Shown: one piece after another, positions 56,553-64,000 of the stretch
How the letters are laid out: each line of letters opens with the position of its first letter
Numbering within the stretch: the stretch's first letter is position 1
NCBI GenBank assembly: GCA_965199825.1
Contig: OZ241329.1
Span: 2,688,001-2,752,000, forward strand
Length of the DNA: 64,000 nucleotides
Source of the DNA: Bdellovibrionales bacterium
GTDB taxonomy: Bacteria; Bdellovibrionota; Bdellovibrionia; Bdellovibrionales; UBA1609
Direction of reading: 5' to 3'
Made by a program: the position numbers and the translations under genes
The notes under the pieces: generated by a model
Databases searched by the model: none
What the model was told of the DNA's origin: nothing
The model's input: only the letters and a program-made list of their open reading frames with translations

Positions 56553-57146
56553 ATGATCGGTTTTATTTTTTTGTTTAGCTTTAATGTTTTGGCAACCGAA
56601 CCTTGTAAACCGTTGTTCCCAGTTCTTGACCAGAAGGTCATTAGCCAAAAATTAGTAGAACCTAATTCTGAATCTCTCAAATATCTTCGCGATCAGCTGA
56701 GCTTAAGGCTCGATCTTTTTGACGATGAGCTGCCACTGGTAGAGCTTATTTTTTTTGAAAAGGCGATTGAGTCGATGAAAATTCCCACAAAATTGAGCGG
56801 AGGAAGAGATGTTTTAGAGCAGCGCGTTTTGTGGGAATCTAAAAGATTTGAACTTCACGTTGCTTTGATCAAGAGCAAAAAACAAACCGCGCTCCCTGTC
56901 GGCTATGTTGAGGTTAAAAATGTCGATAGCATCCTGAGGGATGCCCGAATGACTTATATCGATCGAGTCAAAGCGGTAAAATCTTATCTTTATATTCATG
57001 CCGGTGGATTATCCCCAGGAGCTGCGGCTTATGTTTTAACCCGCCTTGATCAATTGCCGGACGAAGCTCTGAAAGCTCCCGAATTCGTCACTCACTATAA
57101 ACTCATTGCCAATCAGCTCGATAGTATTGTTGCAAGTGCTCGCTAA
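56553..57146 (+). CDS. Hypothetical secreted protein
   Basis: Signal peptide ending VLA, followed by TEPCKPLF. Confidence 0.6.
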   Translation: MIGFIFLFSFNVLATEPCKPLFPVLDQKVISQKLVEPNSESLKYLRDQLSLRLDLFDDELPLVELIFFEKAIESMKIPTKLSGGRDVLEQRVLWESKRFELHVALIKSKKQTALPVGYVEVKNVDSILRDARMTYIDRVKAVKSYLYIHAGGLSPGAAAYVLTRLDQLPDEALKAPEFVTHYKLIANQLDSIVASAR

Positions 57147-57189
57147 AATGATGAAGATGTAAAAAAACTTATCATCCAGCGAGGATCCA

Positions 57190-58005
57190 ATGAAAAAACT
57201 TTTTTTAGGAATGGTTTTTTTGGTTGCCTGTCATTCAGCACCAAAACATACCGAAATGAAGACCGAAAAAATTTGGCCCACAACTCTTGAAGGCGCGGTT
57301 CAAAACCCAGATCGTGATGCCGAAAATAAAGCCCGCGATATTTATCGCCATCCACTTGAGACTCTCTCGTTTTTTGAAATTCAACCCGGGCAAACCGTTG
57401 TCGAAATTTGGCCCGGCGGTGGCTGGTATACCGAAATTCTCGCGCCATTTTTGGCAAACTCCGGTCACTACGTGGCTGCAATGAGCGGAGCCACCACAAA
57501 AGAAGGTAACGAGATCAGCAAAAAATTTGATCTTTGGATGGCCTCACATCCCGCCCTTCAGGCAAAGACAACGTTGGTTGATTTTATCCCGCCTAAAAAA
57601 ACGATGCTTGCCCCCGACGGAACAGTTGATCGGATCGTGACTTTTAGAAACCTGCATAATCTTGTTGCGATGAAGGCTCTTGATTCCTCAATGGTTGCAT
57701 TTTTTAAAGCTCTTAAACCTGGTGGAATGCTCGGCGTGGTGGATCACCGTGCTGCAAGCAAATCCAAAGTGTCTGCTGCAAAATCTGGGTATATTCGCGA
57801 AGAAGATGTGATCAAAGCCGCACGTCATGCGGGCTTTCAATTGGTTGAAAAATCAAATATCAATGCGAACTCAAAGGATCTTAAGAATTATCCAAATGGG
57901 GTTTGGACTTTGCCACCCAGTTTTGCATTGGGTGAAAAAGATCATGATAAATATGCGGCGATTGGCGAGAGCGACCGCATGACCTTGAAATTTGTTAAAC
58001 CTTAA
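57190..58005 (+). CDS. Predicted methyltransferase lipoprotein (COG4798-like)
   Basis: Lipobox LVAC; RDIYRHP.ETL.FF, EIWPGGGWYT, TFRNLHN and IGESDRMTLKF motifs. Confidence 0.85.
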   Translation: MKKLFLGMVFLVACHSAPKHTEMKTEKIWPTTLEGAVQNPDRDAENKARDIYRHPLETLSFFEIQPGQTVVEIWPGGGWYTEILAPFLANSGHYVAAMSGATTKEGNEISKKFDLWMASHPALQAKTTLVDFIPPKKTMLAPDGTVDRIVTFRNLHNLVAMKALDSSMVAFFKALKPGGMLGVVDHRAASKSKVSAAKSGYIREEDVIKAARHAGFQLVEKSNINANSKDLKNYPNGVWTLPPSFALGEKDHDKYAAIGESDRMTLKFVKP

Positions 58006-59360
58006 TAGTTTATAGCAGTCGTACCGAGAGCGAAGTCCAAGGTTCGCTTCTCAAGTTCATAAGTGATCAGCGCTTGGGCATAAGCCGCCTCGGCAGAAAC
58101 AAGCGCTGATTGTGCAATCGCAAGATCTAAAAAATTAAAAGAACCCACCTCATAGCGCCCCTGACTGACCTCATAGGCTTTACGAGCTGCAATCACACCC
58201 TTGTTAGCCGAAATCATTTTTTGAATTGCAGCTTCAAGATCATTCACAGTTTGTTTTACTTCACCGACCACTTGATGATGGGAATCAAGAAAATCGATTT
58301 CTGATTTTTGGGCCTGCGCTCGCGCATGGGCGATCTTTGATCCGGTGAGATAACGATCAAATATATTCCAGGTTAAAACCATTCCATAAGTGGAGTTGGT
58401 TTGGTGACGCAATTGATTGTCTAAAGGCTCTTGCGATCCCAAAGGAACATTGGCGCCATTGATATTGAGTGAATCAATCCAACGGGCGTTGGCCCCGTAG
58501 GTGGCAAGAAAATCTAATTTTGGAAACCAACTGCTTCTTGCCGCAACCGTATCCCATTTGAGCCCTTGGCTTGTTGATCTTGCCGCCTGATAATCTCTAC
58601 GGTGATTGAGAGCTTCGGCAATTAATGTTTTTTGATCCGAAATTTTTGTGAGTGCTAACTTGGCTTTTTCGACCTCGGTTTCAAGCGGAGGTTCAACCAA
58701 ATTGTAGTCTTCGCTTGGGTCAATCCGAAGGCGTCGCAGGAGAGCAATCAAATCGGTCTTTTGTTTATTTTGCGAATCGATTGCAAAGGTCTCATCCGCA
58801 CTTGTTTGGGCTTGTTGGCGAAAAAGATCGGAAAGATTTCGGATTCCCACTTTGGTTTGCTCGGATAATAGGCGCTCGCGGTCTTGCGACACTTTTAGAT
58901 TTTTTTCGGCAATCAATATCAATTTTTGATCGAGAATAACTTGTAAAAAAGCTTGGGCCACATCTAAAGAGATCTGTTGCTTTGCTCTTTGAAGCGAATT
59001 TTCGGCGGCATCTCTTTTATTTATTGCTGATCTAAAAGAGGCAATGTCATTAAGGCCGTTAAATATATTTAAGGTCGTTGCTACCTGATAACTTGGACCG
59101 TAGTTTGAACCGTGAACTAAGGTAGGAGTTGTGGTTGTATAAAGCGTTGTTCCTTGATTGGCAGAATAATTTCCTGTGGCAGTGAGGTTTGGTAAAAATT
59201 GAAAATAACTTTGCAAAAGATCCGTACCGCTGACTTCACGGTCGGCTTGGCTTTTTAAAACAGATGTCGAATTGTTTAAGGCTGAACGAATGCTCTGATC
59301 GATGGTTAAGCTTTTTGGCTCAGCAAATGCGTTAAGTACAAATACGAAAACACCAATCAT
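58002..59360 (-). CDS. TolC family outer-membrane efflux protein
   Basis: Two OEP-like repeats (FLPNL, WFPKL, RYEVGSFNFLDL); operon with MFP and RND genes. Confidence 0.88.
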   Translation of the reverse strand: MIGVFVFVLNAFAEPKSLTIDQSIRSALNNSTSVLKSQADREVSGTDLLQSYFQFLPNLTATGNYSANQGTTLYTTTTPTLVHGSNYGPSYQVATTLNIFNGLNDIASFRSAINKRDAAENSLQRAKQQISLDVAQAFLQVILDQKLILIAEKNLKVSQDRERLLSEQTKVGIRNLSDLFRQQAQTSADETFAIDSQNKQKTDLIALLRRLRIDPSEDYNLVEPPLETEVEKAKLALTKISDQKTLIAEALNHRRDYQAARSTSQGLKWDTVAARSSWFPKLDFLATYGANARWIDSLNINGANVPLGSQEPLDNQLRHQTNSTYGMVLTWNIFDRYLTGSKIAHARAQAQKSEIDFLDSHHQVVGEVKQTVNDLEAAIQKMISANKGVIAARKAYEVSQGRYEVGSFNFLDLAIAQSALVSAEAAYAQALITYELEKRTLDFALGTTAINY

Positions 59361-60550
59361 TTTTTAGCTCCCGGTGCTTGCCCCATGATTTGAATCTTGC
59401 CATGATTTTTGACCGATCCACCAAGATTCAAAGCCACATTCATTCCTGGTTTTAAACCAGTAGCCACCCGAATCTTTTGGCCATCATTATCGAGAACACG
59501 CACATCAATTAAATCCACAGTGCTGTCTTCGCCAACCACTCCAACCATGGTCTTACCTTCGCGTAAAACCACTGCTTCACTTGGAACTTCAAATCCAGGA
59601 GCCGCCACCGCATGAATCGTCACTTGAACCAAACTTCCTGGAAGGATTTTTTTATCTTTATTATCAAGATCGATTTCGGTCAGAAGCATTCTGGTTTTTT
59701 CATCCAGTGCGCCCGAGAGTCTTGTGACGTGGCCCGCAAAAACTTCATCCGGGCGCTCACTCAAAGTCACTTCTGCAACCGCTCCTTTGTCCACAGCTGA
59801 GGCATCTCGCTGATCGAGATAGGCGTAAACTCTGAGCTCATTGACTTGTGAAATCGACAATACCGGAAGCGCACTGGTTTGTGATCCCGTTGCATTTTGC
59901 ATTAAGGCTCCGGGATCGGCAAATCGCTGGGTGATTGTTCCGGCAAAAGGAGCTCTTAAAGTCTCATAGGATTTTAAAACTTCTTGGGATTCAAGATGGG
60001 CCGAGGCGACTTCGCTGTCGGAGGCGGCCTGATCAGCTTCTTGTTGCGAGACTAAACTGCGCTGAAATAATTTTTGTATACGATCGGCAATCGCTTTTTT
60101 ATTTCGGGCTTCGCTGAGTGCCGCATTGTAGGCTTTATCGGTTTCGGGAGATTCGATAATTGCGAGCATCTGACCTTTTTTGACCACGTCTCCTTTATCG
60201 ACCAAAACTTTTTTTAAATACCCACTCACTTTTGCATAAAGGGTTACCGAGGCAAAGGGGCGTGCCTCCCCGGTGAGTTTGACCGATCGGTCCGCTGGAG
60301 TTTCGATCACCTTTGCAATCTGTACTTTTGGTCCTTTTGCTAACTCGATTTCTCTTGCATGCTCCTCATATCTTTCGCTCAAAAATCGATAGGTCGTCAT
60401 CACCACAACAATCAATAAGGCAATCCCGATTATTCGTCGTGCTGACTTTTGCATTTCGGGCGGAGCTGCTTTGTAGGAGCTGACTAACGAATGTGTTGCA
60501 CTCCGAAACTGAGAAGAAAGTGTTGATAAAAGGGATTTGAGAAATTTCAT
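59357..60550 (-). CDS. RND efflux periplasmic adaptor subunit
   Basis: LYAKVSGYL..VLVDKGD.V, LRAPFAGTITQR and LD..TR motifs. Confidence 0.92.
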   Translation of the reverse strand: MKFLKSLLSTLSSQFRSATHSLVSSYKAAPPEMQKSARRIIGIALLIVVVMTTYRFLSERYEEHAREIELAKGPKVQIAKVIETPADRSVKLTGEARPFASVTLYAKVSGYLKKVLVDKGDVVKKGQMLAIIESPETDKAYNAALSEARNKKAIADRIQKLFQRSLVSQQEADQAASDSEVASAHLESQEVLKSYETLRAPFAGTITQRFADPGALMQNATGSQTSALPVLSISQVNELRVYAYLDQRDASAVDKGAVAEVTLSERPDEVFAGHVTRLSGALDEKTRMLLTEIDLDNKDKKILPGSLVQVTIHAVAAPGFEVPSEAVVLREGKTMVGVVGEDSTVDLIDVRVLDNDGQKIRVATGLKPGMNVALNLGGSVKNHGKIQIMGQAPGAKK

Positions 60551-63500
60551 ATGGTCAGTCCTTCTTCTTCAGCTTTAAGTTTTTGATCGAGTTGGTGTTT
60601 GGTTGGCATTTCTATTCTTAACAGTGAGTAAATCACAGGGACCACAATCAAAGTCACAAATGTGGCAACGATCAATCCCCCGATAACAGCTCTTCCAAGC
60701 GGCGCATTTTGCTCACCCCCTTCGCCAAGGGCTAATGCCGCAGGAAGCATTCCAAGAATCATCGCGATCGCTGTCATAAGAATAGGTCTGAGCCGAGTCG
60801 CCCCAGCCTCAAGGGCTGCCGCAATCGCCGAAAGCCCTTTTTCCACTCGCAATTCGTTGGCAAAGCTCACCATCAAAATTGAATTTGAAGAAGCAATACC
60901 CACCGCCATGATCGATCCCATAAAAGAAGACACATTAATTGTTGTTCCGGTAAACAAGAGCATCCAAAGAATGCCCATCATTGCGCCAGGAACCGCCACC
61001 AAAACAATAAATGGATCTAGCCAGGATTGAAAAAGAACAACCATCAACAGGTAAACAAGAAATATTGCAACGATCAATCCCCCACCAAGACTCGAAAAAG
61101 AATCTAGCATCACCTCGCCTTGTCCACGAACATTGATGGATGTGCCCATAGGAAGTGGCCCTAAACTTTTAATTGCAGCATTGATTCGTTTGCTAACAGA
61201 TCCAAGATCACTGCCTTCTACATTGGCTAAGATATCCAAAACTCTTTGCACATTATTGTGACTAATCGAACTCATTCCAGAAGCGGTTTGCATTGTGGCC
61301 AAATTTCCAAGGCGCTGAGTTTGCGATTGTGGAGTTTGACCCAGAGTGACGCTCGAAGAATCGTTAAATCGCGACCCCGACACGGGAGTGGTTAAAAGAT
61401 CATTCACACTGGTTAATTTTTTAAGCGGGACTTTGATTGCGACAGAATAGTTCACATTGTTTGTTGGATTTAAAAAAAAGCTTGGTGCAACCGTCGTGCT
61501 GCCAGAAAGTGCAATCAGCATACTGTTGGCGACATCTTGTTGGGTCACACCCATTTGGGCTGCGCGAATGCGGTCCACATCCATTTTTAAAATTGGTGTA
61601 TCAAACACTTGTTTTAATACCACATCGGCAAGGCCCGGAATCGCCTTCATCTTTGCAATTAAGGTTTGTGCCACATCTAAACTATTTTTGATGTTCGATC
61701 CTTGGATTTGAACATCCACGGGAGCGCTCAATCCAAAGTTTAAAACCTGACTAATAATATCTGCCGGTTGAAAATTGATGCTCGCACCAGGAAAATTATC
61801 ATTCAGAAGTGTGCGGATTTTTGTGATGTATTGAGCGGTTGGCTTATGATCTTCGGTGAGCGCCACAAAAATCTCGGCATCCGCACCATTGACATTGTCG
61901 GTCGGTACAAAGGCAAGATTGTAAAACACGGGAACACCGATTGCGGCATTGATCGTCTTGATTTCTTGTTTGGGAATCACATCGCGAATATGCTCTTCAA
62001 CCCGCGCGATCAACTTTTCGGTCTCTTCAATACGGGTCCCAGCTGGCGCACGAAAGTGAATCTTCATCAATCCGGCGTCACTGACCGGAAAGAAGTCCAT
62101 TCCCACCACAAATAAAGTCATCAGTGTAATTAAAAAAACACCCAGCGCACTCCACAAAACAAATGCCCGATGGGAAAGGCACAATTTTAAAATGGAAGTG
62201 TAGCGCTCTTCGAGTTTTTTAAAATTTGCCGAAAATCGTGGAAAGGGCTCGTGGTTGGCATCATGATTTTCATGCTCTAAAAGCATCCTTGATAAAAGAG
62301 GCACCAAGGTTCGCGAAAGCACATAAGACGCCATCATCGAGAGCACCACGGAGAGTGCAAGTGGGGTAAACAAAAAACGTGCAGGCCCACGAATCAACAC
62401 CACCGGAAAAAACACCACACAGATGGCAAGGGTTGCCATAATTGCGGGTAAAGCAATTTGTGAAGCACCCGTAAGGATCGCCTGGGTCAATGGTAAACCG
62501 AGCATTCGGTTGCGATGGATATTTTCGACTTCAACCGTGGCATCATCAACGAGCATTCCAATTGCGAGCGACAAGCCCCCAAGTGTCATGATGTTGATTG
62601 AATTGCCAGTGAGTTTAAGCCCAATGATTGCTGAGAGAATCGCAAGCGGAATACTGGTGCAAACCACAATCACATTTCGCCAACTGCCCAAAAAAAGTAA
62701 AATCATCAGAGAAACAAGAATCGAAGAGATGACCGCTTCGTGCAAAACACTCGCAATTGCCGAACGCACAAACACCGATTGATCAAAATCCAAATTGAGC
62801 TTCATTCCAGGAGGAGCTGTAGCTTGAATCTGGGGCAAGGCCTCTTTGGTCGCATCAACAACCGATAATGTTGAAGCATCCGATTTTTTTAAAATATTAA
62901 GATATGTGGATCGATGCCCGTTGATACGAACAATATTTGTTTGATCAGCAAAACCATCGCTCACCTTTGCAACGTCTCCAACCGAGATGATTTGACGTCC
63001 CCGCGCTGAGATCGGAATTTGCTCGAACTCTTCGACTTTTTTTGGGCTCGAATTGAGCGCCACATCATATTCAAAAGATCCAATCCGAGCAGTCCCTGCC
63101 GGAATAATAATATTACTCGATTGCACAGCCGACACCACATCGTAAGGAGATAATCCTTTGCTCGACAAAACGTCGGGATCTATTTCGATATTTACTAATC
63201 GACTTTTACCTCCGTAAGGTGCCGGAGTCGCAAGCCCTGGAATGGTAAAGAGCTTTATCCGAATAAAATTAAGACCGTAATCAAACAATTTTTCTTCTGG
63301 AATGGTATCGCTTGAAATTGTGATCTGAGAGACCGGCACATTTGAGGCATTGTACTGAATGATAGCCGGTGCGGTAATTCCAGGTGGCATTGATCTGAGC
63401 GACGTGGCCGAAGTCGCAGAAATTTGAGCAATCGCCCCGCCGATATCTGATCCGGGTTGAAAGTAAATTCTTAAAACTCCCACGCCAGGGATCGATGTCG

Positions 63501-63747
63501 ATTCGATTTTTGAAACACCGTTAACAGTTGTGGTGATTCCGCGCTCACTAAAAAGAGTCACTCGACTTTCGATATCTTGTGCAGAAAGACCAGGGTAATT
63601 CCATACTACGCCCACCACCGGAATATCGATCAATGGAAAGATATCTACGAGCATGGTTTTTAGACTTAAAAACCCCCCCAGCATAATCAAAAGCGAAAAC
63701 ACAGCAATGGTAAAGGGCCGGCGTAAAGCGAGTCGTACGATCCACAT
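60547..63747 (-). CDS. RND efflux permease (AcrB/AcrD/AcrF family)
   Basis: 1066 aa; GMLVDDATVEVENI, RLRPILMT and APLGRAVIGG motifs. Confidence 0.95.
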   Translation of the reverse strand: MWIVRLALRRPFTIAVFSLLIMLGGFLSLKTMLVDIFPLIDIPVVGVVWNYPGLSAQDIESRVTLFSERGITTTVNGVSKIESTSIPGVGVLRIYFQPGSDIGGAIAQISATSATSLRSMPPGITAPAIIQYNASNVPVSQITISSDTIPEEKLFDYGLNFIRIKLFTIPGLATPAPYGGKSRLVNIEIDPDVLSSKGLSPYDVVSAVQSSNIIIPAGTARIGSFEYDVALNSSPKKVEEFEQIPISARGRQIISVGDVAKVSDGFADQTNIVRINGHRSTYLNILKKSDASTLSVVDATKEALPQIQATAPPGMKLNLDFDQSVFVRSAIASVLHEAVISSILVSLMILLFLGSWRNVIVVCTSIPLAILSAIIGLKLTGNSINIMTLGGLSLAIGMLVDDATVEVENIHRNRMLGLPLTQAILTGASQIALPAIMATLAICVVFFPVVLIRGPARFLFTPLALSVVLSMMASYVLSRTLVPLLSRMLLEHENHDANHEPFPRFSANFKKLEERYTSILKLCLSHRAFVLWSALGVFLITLMTLFVVGMDFFPVSDAGLMKIHFRAPAGTRIEETEKLIARVEEHIRDVIPKQEIKTINAAIGVPVFYNLAFVPTDNVNGADAEIFVALTEDHKPTAQYITKIRTLLNDNFPGASINFQPADIISQVLNFGLSAPVDVQIQGSNIKNSLDVAQTLIAKMKAIPGLADVVLKQVFDTPILKMDVDRIRAAQMGVTQQDVANSMLIALSGSTTVAPSFFLNPTNNVNYSVAIKVPLKKLTSVNDLLTTPVSGSRFNDSSSVTLGQTPQSQTQRLGNLATMQTASGMSSISHNNVQRVLDILANVEGSDLGSVSKRINAAIKSLGPLPMGTSINVRGQGEVMLDSFSSLGGGLIVAIFLVYLLMVVLFQSWLDPFIVLVAVPGAMMGILWMLLFTGTTINVSSFMGSIMAVGIASSNSILMVSFANELRVEKGLSAIAAALEAGATRLRPILMTAIAMILGMLPAALALGEGGEQNAPLGRAVIGGLIVATFVTLIVVPVIYSLLRIEMPTKHQLDQKLKAEEEGLTI

Positions 63748-63759
63748 TCGAAATGACCT

Positions 63760-64000
63760 CTAAGTTGTAATGACTTCGACAAATAGGTTTAAAGTTTTTA
63801 GCATTTGGGTTTCGGTTTTTTCTATCCGCGATAAAATCGTTAATCCATAAAGTAAACCCACCAAAGTTTTTGCTAAATCAATAGCCGAGTGGAGTGCTTT
63901 AAACTCGCCGCGCGCCTGACCCCACTGAATCAAACGATGCAAAAGATCTTCGAGTTGTTTTTTATTTTCGAGCACCAAGCGCGCCACTAAGCCATTCGAT
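63760..64000 (-). CDS. C-terminal part of a probable TetR-family regulator (5' end outside the window)
   Basis: LIQWGQARGEF....DLAKTL...YGL pattern typical of TetR C-terminal domains; directly upstream of the RND operon. Confidence 0.6.
   Translation of the reverse strand, partial: SNGLVARLVLENKKQLEDLLHRLIQWGQARGEFKALHSAIDLAKTLVGLLYGLTILSRIEKTETQMLKTLNLFVEVITT

Overview
A gene-dense chromosomal window, most likely from a Bdellovibrionota (predatory, Bdellovibrio-like) bacterium. This is inferred from an Agl-Glt gliding cluster, CarD, an HD-GYP protein, an FQAC-type lipobox and many orphan secreted proteins. Housekeeping genes include gltX, carD, recG, a Kef-type antiporter, an ABC-F ATPase, tRNA-His and an RND efflux operon. 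Other blocks: (i) stalked surface lipoproteins (beta-helix; tandem PA14); (ii) a 10-gene Agl-Glt-like gliding operon behind a consensus sigma54 promoter; (iii) an accessory block (23.7-28.2 kb) with a DUF4105/DUF2388-like pair, a secreted hydrolase-like protein and a solitary Y1/HUH (RAYT-like) transposase, which has four spaced two-box direct repeats and a 15-unit C-rich microsatellite upstream; (iv) a radical SAM + DUF4130-UdgX DNA repair pair; (v) a ~14 kb general-stress-like island (DUF6496, YihY, DUF883, CsbD-like, Dps-like, hemerythrin, OmpA, LigD) with five sigma54 motifs and an embedded NtrC-type activator. The best novelty candidates are the transposase-linked repeat array, the sigma54-wired stress island, a shared terminal C-x3-[LF] motif on unrelated secreted proteins, and the DUF4105/DUF2388-like pair. 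All family assignments are by motif recognition by eye; no database searches were run.
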